Shown one piece after another: positions 29,616 to 40,230 of a DNA stretch of 64,000 nt. The stretch spans positions 1,609,468 through 1,673,467 of the forward strand of contig CAVZKA010000001.1 in assembly GCA_963775725.1 (NCBI GenBank), in the 5' to 3' direction. A program made the position numbers and the translations under genes. Source of the stretch: an uncultured Acidobacteriota bacterium (GTDB lineage: Bacteria; Acidobacteriota; Thermoanaerobaculia; UBA5066; Gp7-AA6). Position 1 is the stretch's first letter. Each line of letters opens with the position of its first letter. The notes under the pieces are model-generated. The model was not told the DNA's origin. It was given only the letters and a program-made list of their open reading frames with translations, and made no database searches.

Positions 29616-32600
29616 GGAGTCCTCCTGTCCGACAGAGAAACTTTGGCGACCGAGGCGTTTCCGGAGTTGACCACGTAGAGGATACGGTTTTTCCGGTCGA
29701 CGGCGATACCGGTCGGGCTCTCGAATTTGTGCCCCGCGTCGTCGACCAGGATCCGGCGCTTGACCACGCCCGACGGGTCGAGGGCGACGACGGCGGCCGT
29801 CCCGGGGTCCGTGGCGTAGATCGTTGCGTCCTTGTCGACCGCCAGGCCCGGCTCGGCGCTGCCCGCCCAGCCCTCGAAGGGCAGGCTCCCGACCAGGTCC
29901 CCCGTCGCCGAGAGAACCTGGATACGGTGGTTGCCGGCGTCGGCGACGTAGATCAGGCCGGATGGCGCCGCGGCGATCCCGACCGGGCTCGTGAACTCGC
30001 CCGCCGCCGTGCCGCGCTTGCCGATGCTCTTCGGATCCTGGAGCAGGGGATCGTAGGAGACGACGCGGTGGTTGCCCGTGTCGCTGACCCAGACGCGGCC
30101 GTCGGGCGCCACGGCGACGCCGCGCGGCCCGTACAGCTCGCCGACCGAGGCGCGCAACAGGCCGGCGATCGTGTAGCCCTGGATCCGGCCGTTCCACGTG
30201 TCCGCAACGTAGAGCGCGTCGCCCTCGATCGCGACGCCGCAGAGCTCCTTGAAACCGTATTCGCCGCTGCCGCGCCCGCCCCAGCCGCCGAGCGAGCCGC
30301 CGTCGGCATCGAAGATCCGGAGGCGGGAGTGTCCGAAATCTGCGACCCAGACGCGCCCGCGCGCGTCCACCGCGATGCCCCGGGGCTCGCGCAGGTTCGC
30401 GAACGGGGGTTCCGTCGTGTCCGCCTTTTCCAGGATGGTGGGCTTTTCCTCGGGCTCGTCCTGCGGCTCTCCCGCGGCCGCGGCCGCCGCGGGCAGGGAC
30501 TCGCGGGCCGGAAGGAGCACGTCCTGCGCCGGCCCCCCGACCACGCGGTAGATCTGCGTTTCCGGATTCTCGTAGGCGAGCTCGAACAGCGCCTTCTCCG
30601 TGCGGAACTTCTGGAGGCCCGCCGCGGGATAGGTCTTGCGTTCGAGCCAGCCGACGTACACGTAGCCGACGCCGTAGCGCCTGAGGAAGGGCGTCGCGCG
30701 CGACGCGTCCGTTTCCGAGTAAATGGCCCTGACCGCGAGGCGGCGCGCCTCGATCTCCGTGTCGGAGTTGCCGCGCTGCTTGACGTGGTAGTCCCAGCCG
30801 AGAACGGTCGGCAGTCCGGTCAGCATCGAGATGCGCCCGAAGTCCTGGTAGGACGGGCCCTGCGCCTCGAGCAGCACCGGCGTTCCCTCGACGGTGCGCC
30901 GCAGCCAGACGACCGCGCGGTATTCGCCGGGATGCAGCTTCTCGAGGTAGCCGAGGCCGTCGAGCGACGGCCCCGTGTACGGCGCGAAGTGCCGGCTGAC
31001 GGCGGCGCGGCCCGCCGTCGCGGTCGTGAAGAGGCCCGCGGCGGTCAGCAGGACCGCGCCGGCGCGCGCGGGGAGGGCCCAGCCGTCGATCACCCCGCGC
31101 CGCTCGCGCGCCCGGAAGACGAGGGCCGCGGTGGCCGCCGCAAAGAGCAGCCAGGCTTCGAGGTAGAGCTTGAAAAAGGTGTTCATCCGGTCGTAGATGT
31201 AGAAGCGCTGGCAGAAGAGCACCAGGAAAAACGCGGTCGCGATGAACCCGATGGCGAGCCGATCGTCGCGCGTCTCGGAAAACGCGAAGAAAGCGACGAG
31301 AAAGAGCGCGACGCCGGCAGCGAGGAACCAGTCGGGCCGGCGCACGGCGAGCCCTGCGAGTAAGAGCGCCGCAGCGGCCACGAGCGCCCACCGCACCAGG
31401 CGCGGGCCGCGGCCCGCCACAGCGGCGGCGAACCACCAGGCGAGCGCGAGAAAAAAGAAGAGGCCGAACACGGTGAGCTGGTCCGGGCCCGAGGCGGAGG
31501 GCTCGAGGTTCCTGCCGATGCCCGGCGCGCCCCCGACCCGGACCCACAGAGGCCGGGCGAGCGCGTAGCCCGAAGCCGCCGCGACGGCGATCGCCGCCGC
31601 GGCGCGGCCGGGCCCCGCCAGCGAGAGCTTCGCGGGCATCAGGGCGGCGGTCAGGGCGACGAGGCCGAGCAGGCCGCAGAGCAGCGGGACGTCCCAGGCG
31701 TTCGTCAGGGCCTGCGCGGCGCCGAGGAAGCCGAGCAGCACGGCGCCGACGAGGCGCGCGCGCCAGGACGCGACGGGGTCTCCATGGAGGCGGACCAGGT
31801 GGAGCGCCGCGGCACAGAAGAGAAGGAAGATCGGGATCGCGAGCACGTGGGCATGGAGGTCGGCAAACGCCAGGCTCCAGAAAGGGTATTCGTTGATGGT
31901 GTCCTTGATGACGCGCGAGGTGGCCCAGAAGTAGTCCCAGTCGAGGGTCCGCTTGTTCACCAGCCATTCGCGCAGCCCGGAAAGATTGCCGACGAGCAGC
32001 GTCAACCCTGCGCCGGCGATCCCGGCCCGGAGCCGGCCGCCCCAGCTGCGGGCGAGCGAGAACGCCCCCTGGAGGATCGTTCCGCCGAGCATGCCGAAGG
32101 CGAGGTTGAACGTCAGGCGCGTCGAAAGGTTGGTCAGCAGCGTCAGAAACACGACCATTTCCTGGCCGAACGTGTAGTAGCCGAGCGGCGCTCCCGCCAG
32201 CCACGGGTCCGACGCGGGCAGCGCGCGCGTGCGGACGAGGATGTTCAGGATCGAGAAGTCCATGGGCTTCTCGCCCCAGTAAATCTCGGGGTTGAAGACC
32301 CTCAGCCCGAGGAAGAGCAGGAAGCCGAGCGCGAAGACCATTTCGCTCTGGATGAGCGGGCGGCGGTGCTCGCGCAGGAAGCGCCGGAGGTCGTGCCGCT
32401 CGCGGATCGCGATCACCGCCGAGACGAACGCGAGGGCGGCCAGGCACACGACGGCTGCGGCGCGGCCGTTGCCCATCACCCGGAAGGTGAGGCCGACCGT
32501 CATCGCGTAGGTCGCGAGCACGAGGCCGAGCAGGCGCGAGAAGCCGAAACCGCGGTCCTGGAGGCGCGGGAAGAGAGTCCAGGCGATGGGCCACGCGGCG

Positions 32601-34513
32601 ACGCCGACGAGGAGCATCGCGAGGTACCAGACGATCGCGGCCCAGAGGGAGCTCGGCGGGACTTCCGTCGGCTCGACCGAAGGCGCGTGCGCGGCCTCGG
32701 GGCGGTGGTCCGGGCGCACGGGCGCGCTGACCTGCCGCAGCGCGCGGGGCCAGCGCTCCCAGTCGTTCATCGTGGGGGGCGTCTTGGTCATGGCCGCGAG
32801 CAGCAGCTTGCGCGCCTGGCCCGGCGAGAACTTCGCGGTCTTCCGGAAGAGCAGGACGCGCGGATGGTCGTAGACGGTGAACTGCTCCTCGGCGCGGTCG
32901 TCGGAGATGTGCAGGGGCCCGAGCGAGGGGTAGGAGGTGAAGTCCGCGGCCCGCTCGAAGCCGAGGCTGCCGTCGAACAGCGCGCGGTAGTACGCGATCG
33001 ACATCGGAAAGACCGACGGCACGCGCGTGACGTTGGCGTAAACCCGGTTCGACGTGACGGCAACCCAGTCCGCCTCGGTCAGCGCCTTGACGACGAGCTC
33101 GGCCTTCTGCGGCGAGTCGGGATCGAAGAGCGGCATCGCCGGCGGCCCCGCGTAAGAGCCCGGGTCGTAGCCGGGCTTGGGCAGGGGCAGCCCGTCGTCC
33201 CAGGATTCGTTGACGATCGTCTTGCGCGCCGGGATGTGGGTGTAGATCCAGTCGGTGGCCGCGACGCGCGTCTGCGGAACGCGGTAGATGTGCGTGAACG
33301 CCAGGGCCCAGAGAAACGTACCGGCGAGAACGCCCACGGCGATGGCGCGCCACAGGCGGGGCATGAGCGAACCCGTGAGGAGCGACGAGAACAGGACGCC
33401 GGTCAGCACCGCGAGGCCCGGGTAAGCGGGATAGAAGTACCGGACCGACTTCACCATCGTGAAGCCGTGGTAGCCGAAAAGGAAGAGAACGTAAAAGAGG
33501 ATCGGCGCGAGGTCGAACACCCGACGCCGCACGATCGCGGCCACGGTCCAGGCCGCAGCGAAGATCGCCGAGATCCCGAAGAACACACCGGCGCCCCAGA
33601 GCACGAAGTTCTCGATCGGAAAGAAGACCGTGCGCCCCGCCCACTGCAGCGCGGGCGGGAACCCCGCCACCGACTGCGACAGCTGGGAGATCCGTTTCAG
33701 GTCGTCCACCCAGCGCGGATCGAGACGGAACGAGAGCACGCTCGGCCCGAGAAAGACGTAGGGCAGGAAGACCCGGACGACCACTGCCGCCGGCACGAGG
33801 ATCGAGGCGCCGCGCAGGATCGCGCGGCCGAGCGCCGGCCCGAAGGGCTTGCCCTGGCGCAGCAGGAGCACGAGGACCCCGAGACCGAGCGGCAGCAGCA
33901 GAGCGAGCGCCGTGATCTTGCAGGCGACGGCCAGGCCGAACGCAATCCCCGTGAGCAGGTCGCCGCCGCGCCCCGAGCGATCCTGGGCGATGCGCACCGC
34001 GCCGAGCATCGCCGCCGCGGAGAAGGTCGTGAGGTACGTGTCGACGGCCCAGAAGTGCGAGAGCTGGATCCCGAGGACGCAGAAGGCCATCAACCCGGCC
34101 GAGAACAGCGCGGCGCGCCGGTTGGTGAAGCGCCGGGTCAGGCGATAGACGAGCCAGACCGTCAGCAGGTCGAAGACGCCCGAGAGCGCCCGGCCGATCT
34201 TGTAGGTCCCGTCGTATCCGGCCTTGCCGAAGGGCTGGGCGATGGCCTTGGCGAGCACCATCGGGAGGGTTCCGTAGACGAAGGATCCTTCGCCGCGGTT
34301 GTAGGGATTGAGGGTCGAGCGCCTGGAGTCGAAGTAGTCGCCCGCCGACTTCGGGAAGGCGATCTTTTCCTCGACCATCGAGATGAAGCGCTCGTCCGGA
34401 TGGAGGTGGTGGCCGGCGTCCCAGGCGAGTCCCTGGAAGCGGAAGATTCCGCCCACGAGGAGCAGACCGAAAAGGAACGCGCGTGCGCGCTCGCGAGACA
34501 GGCTGGTTGACAC
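29612..34513 (-). CDS. Large membrane protein: GT-C domain, DUF2298 (Chlor_Arch_YYY) domain and NHL repeats
   Basis: HLHPDERF...FVYGTLP...YDHP; GEKPMD, DPWLAG...GYYTFG, TINEYPFWS...ADLHAH, RMNTFFKLY, GLPTVLGW; NHL C-terminus. Confidence 0.85.
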   Translation of the reverse strand: MSTSLSRERARAFLFGLLLVGGIFRFQGLAWDAGHHLHPDERFISMVEEKIAFPKSAGDYFDSRRSTLNPYNRGEGSFVYGTLPMVLAKAIAQPFGKAGYDGTYKIGRALSGVFDLLTVWLVYRLTRRFTNRRAALFSAGLMAFCVLGIQLSHFWAVDTYLTTFSAAAMLGAVRIAQDRSGRGGDLLTGIAFGLAVACKITALALLLPLGLGVLVLLLRQGKPFGPALGRAILRGASILVPAAVVVRVFLPYVFLGPSVLSFRLDPRWVDDLKRISQLSQSVAGFPPALQWAGRTVFFPIENFVLWGAGVFFGISAIFAAAWTVAAIVRRRVFDLAPILFYVLFLFGYHGFTMVKSVRYFYPAYPGLAVLTGVLFSSLLTGSLMPRLWRAIAVGVLAGTFLWALAFTHIYRVPQTRVAATDWIYTHIPARKTIVNESWDDGLPLPKPGYDPGSYAGPPAMPLFDPDSPQKAELVVKALTEADWVAVTSNRVYANVTRVPSVFPMSIAYYRALFDGSLGFERAADFTSYPSLGPLHISDDRAEEQFTVYDHPRVLLFRKTAKFSPGQARKLLLAAMTKTPPTMNDWERWPRALRQVSAPVRPDHRPEAAHAPSVEPTEVPPSSLWAAIVWYLAMLLVGVAAWPIAWTLFPRLQDRGFGFSRLLGLVLATYAMTVGLTFRVMGNGRAAAVVCLAALAFVSAVIAIRERHDLRRFLREHRRPLIQSEMVFALGFLLFLGLRVFNPEIYWGEKPMDFSILNILVRTRALPASDPWLAGAPLGYYTFGQEMVVFLTLLTNLSTRLTFNLAFGMLGGTILQGAFSLARSWGGRLRAGIAGAGLTLLVGNLSGLREWLVNKRTLDWDYFWATSRVIKDTINEYPFWSLAFADLHAHVLAIPIFLLFCAAALHLVRLHGDPVASWRARLVGAVLLGFLGAAQALTNAWDVPLLCGLLGLVALTAALMPAKLSLAGPGRAAAAIAVAAASGYALARPLWVRVGGAPGIGRNLEPSASGPDQLTVFGLFFFLALAWWFAAAVAGRGPRLVRWALVAAAALLLAGLAVRRPDWFLAAGVALFLVAFFAFSETRDDRLAIGFIATAFFLVLFCQRFYIYDRMNTFFKLYLEAWLLFAAATAALVFRARERRGVIDGWALPARAGAVLLTAAGLFTTATAGRAAVSRHFAPYTGPSLDGLGYLEKLHPGEYRAVVWLRRTVEGTPVLLEAQGPSYQDFGRISMLTGLPTVLGWDYHVKQRGNSDTEIEARRLAVRAIYSETDASRATPFLRRYGVGYVYVGWLERKTYPAAGLQKFRTEKALFELAYENPETQIYRVVGGPAQDVLLPARESLPAAAAAAGEPQDEPEEKPTILEKADTTEPPFANLREPRGIAVDARGRVWVADFGHSRLRIFDADGGSLGGWGGRGSGEYGFKELCGVAIEGDALYVADTWNGRIQGYTIAGLLRASVGELYGPRGVAVAPDGRVWVSDTGNHRVVSYDPLLQDPKSIGKRGTAAGEFTSPVGIAAAPSGLIYVADAGNHRIQVLSATGDLVGSLPFEGWAGSAEPGLAVDKDATIYATDPGTAAVVALDPSGVVKRRILVDDAGHKFESPTGIAVDRKNRILYVVNSGNASVAKVSLSDRRTP

Positions 34514-34556
34514 TCGGTTCAGGCTCTTGTTCGCAAGCGCATCGCGTCTAAAGCGC

Positions 34557-35372
34557 TCATTCTACAGGAGAATCCGCCCTCCGCGTGCATGTGAACGCGA
34601 TGCAGGAGCCGACTTCCGGCGCCGGCTCCTCGGCGAGGCGGCCGAAGCGCTGCACCCAGAAGGCGGTGTCCGTCAGCGCCGGGAAGGGAACCCAGCGGCC
34701 GGTCAGCTTGCGGGCGAGCAGGTGGGGCAGGCTCAGGTAGTGGTCCCGGTGCATGACGCGGGTTGCCTCCGGCGACAGGTAGTAGCGCCAGCTCTTCACG
34801 TCCAGGCCGGCGCGGGCAAAGCGCGCCCTCCAGACGTCGGGCGAGTCGAAGTGGAAGTGCGCCGCGTTGCGGTTGTACCAGTCGAGGTACGCGCGGTGGG
34901 CGCCGCCGAGGCCCCAGCGCCGCCACGCGCCCGCGTCCGTGAGGAGATCCGAGAAGCGGTCGCCGATGACCGTGCACGCGAAGACCCCGCCGGGCCGGAG
35001 CACGCGCCCGATCTCTGCGATGGTCCGATCGATGTCGGGGATGTGCTCGAAGACGCAGTTCGAAACGACCGAGGCGAAGTGCCCGTCGGCAAAGGGCATG
35101 GCGCCCGAGTCGGCGCCGACGAGCAGCCGGTACACGGCGCGCCCCCGCGATTCGGCGAGGTCGGCGAGGCCGCGGTCGAGGCCCACGTCGGCGCCGTCGG
35201 GAAAGAGGATCGAGCCGAAGTGGCCGTCGCCCGAGCCGATGTCGAGGACCGGCCGGGGCAGCGGGGTCGCGAGCAGGATCCGCGCCTCGATGGTGCGGAT
35301 GAGGATCCGGTGGAAAGGCATCTCGCGCAGGTGCGCGCGCAGGATCCGCTCGGTCGTCTCGTCGGGCCTCAT
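34557..35372 (-). CDS. Class I SAM-dependent methyltransferase
   Basis: VLDIGSGDG, MPFADG, VFEHI, RVLRPGG. Confidence 0.88.
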   Translation of the reverse strand: MRPDETTERILRAHLREMPFHRILIRTIEARILLATPLPRPVLDIGSGDGHFGSILFPDGADVGLDRGLADLAESRGRAVYRLLVGADSGAMPFADGHFASVVSNCVFEHIPDIDRTIAEIGRVLRPGGVFACTVIGDRFSDLLTDAGAWRRWGLGGAHRAYLDWYNRNAAHFHFDSPDVWRARFARAGLDVKSWRYYLSPEATRVMHRDHYLSLPHLLARKLTGRWVPFPALTDTAFWVQRFGRLAEEPAPEVGSCIAFTCTRRADSPVE

Positions 35373-36518
35373 CCTCCATTCCCGGCGACGGACCGATAGA
35401 CGGCCTCGTACTCATCGAGCGCGCGGTCCGGAGAGAACAGGGCCTGGATCTCGGAGTGGGGCCGCCGGTAGCGCTCGGGCGCCTCGAGGACGGCGAGAAT
35501 CCGCCGGGAGAGGTCCGCCGCGTCGCCCCGCCGGGCGATCTCGCCCATGCCGGTCATGCGGACGGGCTGGCGGACGCCGGGAAGATCCGAGGCGACGACG
35601 GGGACGCCGCGCAGCATGGCCTCGACCTGGACGAGGCCGAAGGACTCGGTCGAGTTGATCGAGGGAAGGACGAGCACGTCGGCGATCGTGAAGAGGTCGG
35701 CCAGCGTCTCCGGAGGCACCGTTCCGGTGGCCGTCACTCCCGAGGACGGGTCCGCGATCAGCGGCGCGACCTGGTCGAAGACCGACTCCCCGGCGACTCT
35801 TTGCGCTCCGGCGAGAACGAGCGCGGCGCCGGGAAACCGGCGGCGGATGTCCGGGAACGCCGCGAGCAGCACGGGCAATCCCTTCTCCTCGGCGAAGCGG
35901 CCGAGGAAGAAGACGACCGGGCGGCCCGCGATCTTCAGGTCCCGGCGAACCTCTTCGGCCGGGCGGCCGGTCGCGGCCGGCTCGCGCACGGGCGGCAGGA
36001 TCCATCCGACTTTCTCGGCCCGGTCCACGAGCGGGACGGGTGTGGCGCGCGTAGTCCTCGGTGTTCGCGATGACGCGGTTGGCCCGCTCGAGCGCGAAAT
36101 CCTGCGAGGCGCGCGCCACGACCTCGACGAAGCGCTGGCCGAGGCCCGACGGCGGCTGCAGGTCGCAGTGGTACGTGACGACGATCGGCACGCCCTGGGT
36201 CGAGGCGATGAACGCGAGCGGCACGGCGTTGACGAGCGGGACGTGCAGGTGCAGGACGTCGGACCGCGGCACCTCGGCGAGCGCCCGCGCGAGGATGGCG
36301 GGCGAGACGAGGGCCTTTCCGAGCCGGCCGGCGACCGTGGCCCGGATGACGCGCACGCCGTCCTCCTCGGTCTCGAACGGCAGCTCGGGCAGGTGCTGGT
36401 GCGTGAGCACGGAGACCGTGTGTCCGCGGCGCGCGAGCCCGGCCGCGAGCTGCTCGGCGACGAGGGTCAGCCCGGAATGGTTCGGCCGGTAGTAGTCCAG
36501 CGCCATCAGGATCTTCAT
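35369..36518 (-). CDS. GT4 glycosyltransferase (apparent frameshift near 36035)
   Basis: N-terminal half MKILMALDYYRP...TYHCDL in one frame; C-terminal half FLGRFAEEKG...ESFGLVQVEAM...SDLPGV in another. Confidence 0.8.
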
Positions 36519-38676
36519 CTCTCGGGGCGAGCGACGGAGTAGATCGTCGTGCCGCCCGAGCTGAAGACCGGCGAGAGGAAGGGAAAGGTCTGCACGGCCG
36601 CGGCGCCGCCGTAGAGCTGGCGCTCCATGTCGCCGACGACGACGTGCGTGACCCCGTATCGCCGGATCGCGTTCCAGGCGACGCGGGGGTCGGGCGTCGT
36701 GTAGAAGAGCTTGATCTCCGCCTGCCGCGTGGCGACTTCCGGATCGTTCGACCGCCAGAGGCCCTCGTGGTTCGCCCAGCCGAGCACCGTCGGGATCCCC
36801 GTGTGGGAGGAGATCCGCGCGAATTCCGAGTACGGGTCGCCGGAGGCTTCGAGGACGACGGAGCCCACGTGGGCGTTGTGCATCATCCAGTCGATCGCCG
36901 CGGCGTCGCCGGCGCTCCTGCGAGCAAGGGGACCGCGCGCGTCGAGCGAGAGCGGTCCATCCTTCTGCCGGAACCGGGAGACCGCCGCATTGAGAGGCCA
37001 GAGCGCCGCGAGCAGGGCGCAGACGGTCAGGACGGCGCGGATCGCCAGGCGCTTGCGCGTCCCCGCGGCCAGGGCGCGCCCGGCAAAGACCGCGCCGCCG
37101 ATGGCCAGCGAGGGGCCAGGCCTGGTGGTAGAACTTGAAGATCGTGTTCATGCGCTGCAGGTCCGCGCCGTAGCTGTCCTTGAAGTAGACGAGCTCGCAG
37201 CCGCCGATCATCCCGAGCCCGAGCAGCACCAGGAATGCGGCGAAGACGCCTTCGCCCTCGCCCCCGTCGGCGCGCAGGCTCTTCCACGCGGCGCGCGCGG
37301 CGAGGAATCCCAGGAACAGCACGACGGTCATGGCGGGCATCTGGAGCGCGAGGCCGGCGACGAGCGCGGCCGCGGCGGCCAGGGCGAGGCCGAGGTCGCG
37401 GCGGCGCGCGGCCGTCTCCGAGTCTTCCGCCGAGCGCGGCCAGAGGCCGACCGCGCAGCACGGCAAAGAGGATTCCCCACACGCCCGCAAACTCGATCAG
37501 CCCGGAGAACATCGTCGTGCGGCCGAGGCCGTTGTTCGTGAGCTGGAAGGAGGACGTGTAAGGGTAGAAGAGGATCCACGAGGCGAACAGCGCGGCCACG
37601 CCGGCGAGGCCGCCGATGACGGCCCCGGCGGGGCCCGGCACCCGCTCTCCGCGCGTCGTCAGGAACACGCCGCAGCCCACCAGCAGGATCGCCATGGCCG
37701 GGAGGTTCCAGAAATTCGCCGCGCGAGCCGTCCCCGCCACGAGAGCGACGAGGAGCATCGAGGGCCACGCGCGCAGTCCCTTTCCGCTGCCGATCTCGAC
37801 CCAGCGGTGCGCGACCACGAAGGCGGCGATGAAAAAGGGAAACGCCAGCAGGTGCGGATGCAGGTCCGCGTGGAAAAACGTGAAGAACGGAAACTCGTTG
37901 ATCGTCTTGAGATTGTCGGGGCCGATCACGCGGGAGGCGTGCCAGTAGTCGAAGTCGGCGGCAAAGGGAGCGTTCCAGGCGTCGAGGGCGCCGGCCAGGT
38001 TGCCGGCGAAGACCGCGCCCGCTCCCGCCGCGAGCCCCACGCCGAGGCGGCCCCTGGAGAGACGCAGCCCGAGGGAGGCCGCCGCCGCGAACGAGAAGCC
38101 GGCAAAGCTCGCGACCGAGAGGTTGTACGCGGTCATGGGAGCGACGCCGGAGAGCTGGGCCTGCGCGGCCGCGAGCAGGTAACCCCAGTAGTAGTAGTTG
38201 ATCGTCTTGCCCGCCATCCACGGATCGGCCGGCGGCATGGCGGGAAAGCGCGCGAGCGAGTTCAGGAAGGCGAGGTCCATGAATTTTTCGGCGCCGAGAA
38301 TTGCCGGGCCGGCCGCGCGGATCAGCAGGAAGACGCCGGTCGAGGCCCAGAAGAGGATGGCGCCGAGCTTCTCCTCGTCGCCCCACTGCCACCACCACCA
38401 GGGAGCGCCGGCGGCGGATTCTCCGACCGCGCGCCGGCGGAAGAGGTATGAGGCGCCCGCCACGGCGGCGAGCGCGAGGAGGAGCGTCAAGCGCCGGAAC
38501 CCGAGCGGCGTCGCGAGCGAGAGCGCCCATCCCACGTAGGCCACGACCGCCAGGCCGATCGGCCGCGAGAGCAGGGCCGCGTCGCGCCGGTTGTCGAAGA
38601 AGGAGCGCAGCAGCGGGAGGATGGCGAGGCCGACGAGCTCCGTCGCGAGGGCCCACGCCAGGACGTCCCGGATCAT
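36515..38676 (-). CDS. DUF2298 (YYY) membrane protein (apparent frameshifts near 37460 and 37110)
   Basis: EKFMD, DPWMAG...INYYYWG, TINEFPFF...ADLHPH; then RMNTIFKFY; then GIPTVLGW, spread over three frames. Confidence 0.8.
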
Positions 38677-38682
38677 TGCCCG

Positions 38683-39153
38683 CTAGTCTACAGGCTTGCT
38701 CCGAGACTTTCGAATGTAGATCGTCTTCTCGACGCTCGCGTGGACCGCGCCGCTCGCGTCGGCGAGCTCGACCGTGTAGACGCGGTCGATCGAAGGCGCG
38801 GTCTCCAGGAGCCGCCGAATCTTTTCGATCTCCTCATCGTCGAGCCGGAAGCGGGCGTAGAGCGTCGAGCGGCCGGGCTTTCGAAAGCGGATCGTGGCGG
38901 ACTTGTCCCAGACGGTGTACGCGGGCCCGAGGACGTGGATGAGCATGATCATGTACATCGGATCGACGGCGCCGTAGAGGCTGCCGCCGAAGATGGTGCC
39001 GACGTAGTTGCGGGTGCGCCACGACAGCGGCAGTTGCACCCGGACCTCGCGCCAGTCCGCCGCGATGTACGTCACGCGCGCGCCCGTGCCGCGCCACGCC
39101 GGAAAGAGGTTGAAGCCCCAGCGCGTCCGGCGGGTGGTCCAGGATTCCGGCAT
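38683..39153 (-). CDS. Hot-dog fold / DUF4442 PaaI-like thioesterase
   Basis: FNLFPA...RNYVGTIFGGSLY...DP...VWDKSATIRFRKP. Confidence 0.85.
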   Translation of the reverse strand: MPESWTTRRTRWGFNLFPAWRGTGARVTYIAADWREVRVQLPLSWRTRNYVGTIFGGSLYGAVDPMYMIMLIHVLGPAYTVWDKSATIRFRKPGRSTLYARFRLDDEEIEKIRRLLETAPSIDRVYTVELADASGAVHASVEKTIYIRKSRSKPVD

Positions 39154-39159
39154 GGCCCA

Positions 39160-39169
39160 ATGCTAAGCT
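39160..39169. promoter_or_regulatory. Putative overlapping bidirectional -10 elements for two leaderless genes
   Basis: TAGCAT (minus, 39160-39165) and TAAGCT (plus, 39164-39169), 6 and 8 nt from the respective ATGs in a 24-bp gap. Confidence 0.55.
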
Positions 39170-39177
39170 TTTGCGCG

Positions 39178-40188
39178 ATGACCGAGCCGGGGTACCAGCG
39201 CCTTCTCGAGACGGGGGAGCTCGCCGAGCGCGTGGAGAAGCTCCATGCGCTCCTGCGCGCCTGCACGGTCTGCCCGCGCGACTGCGGCAACGACCGGCTG
39301 GCGGGAGTGCTCGCCTCCTGCGCCTCGGGAGAGAACCCGATCGTGTCGTCCTTCACGCCGCACTTCGGCGAGGAGCCCTCGCTGTCGGGCACGCGCGGGG
39401 CCGGCAACATCTTCTTCGGCAACTGCAACCTGCGGTGCGTCTACTGCCAGAACTACCAGATCAGCCAGGACTACCCGGCGCAGAAGACGAACGAAATCTC
39501 CGTCGAGCGGCTCGCGGAGATGATGCTGGAGCTCCAGGAGCGGGGCTGTCACAACATCGGCTTCGTCTCGCCGACGCATTTCGCCCCGCAGATGGCCAGG
39601 GCCATCCTGTTCGCGGCCCGCGGAGGCCTGCGGATTCCGATCGTCTACAACACCAACGCCTACGATTCGGTCGAGGTGCTTCGCCTGCTCGATGGTCTGG
39701 TCGACGTCTACCTGCCGGACTTCAAGTACGCCGACACCGGGGCGGGCTCGCTCTACTCCAAGGTGCCCGATTACCCGGCGCGCGCGCGCGCGGCGCTCGT
39801 CGAGATGTTCCGGCAGAAGGGCTCGCGCCTCGAGATCGACGACGACGGGCTGCTCCGGAGCGGCCTGCTCGTGCGGGTGCTCGTGCTTCCCAACGGCGCC
39901 GCGGGCGTGGCCGAGTCGCTTTCGTGGATCGCCGAGACGCTGTCGCCCAACGTCGCCATCTCCCTGATGGCCCAGTACTACCCGATCCACCGGGCGGCCA
40001 AGAACGAGAAGTACGCCGCGCTCAACCGCTCCATCACCGACCGCGAGTGGAGCGAGGCCCTCGCGGCTCTCGAGGCGAACGGCCTCTTCAACGGTTACCA
40101 GCAGGAGCTCGATACGGCCAACCGGTACTACCGGCCGGACTTCCGGGACGCCGAAGCGCCGTTTCGCGACATCCGGGACTTCCAATAG
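39178..40188 (+). CDS. Radical SAM protein, PflX-like
   Basis: CTVCPRDC, HFGEEP, NCNLRCVYCQN, YLPDFKY, MAQYYP. Confidence 0.88.
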   Translation: MTEPGYQRLLETGELAERVEKLHALLRACTVCPRDCGNDRLAGVLASCASGENPIVSSFTPHFGEEPSLSGTRGAGNIFFGNCNLRCVYCQNYQISQDYPAQKTNEISVERLAEMMLELQERGCHNIGFVSPTHFAPQMARAILFAARGGLRIPIVYNTNAYDSVEVLRLLDGLVDVYLPDFKYADTGAGSLYSKVPDYPARARAALVEMFRQKGSRLEIDDDGLLRSGLLVRVLVLPNGAAGVAESLSWIAETLSPNVAISLMAQYYPIHRAAKNEKYAALNRSITDREWSEALAALEANGLFNGYQQELDTANRYYRPDFRDAEAPFRDIRDFQ

Positions 40189-40230
40189 GGCCGGAGGGCG
40201 CTACACTACCGGGAACGCCGGGAGGCGAGG

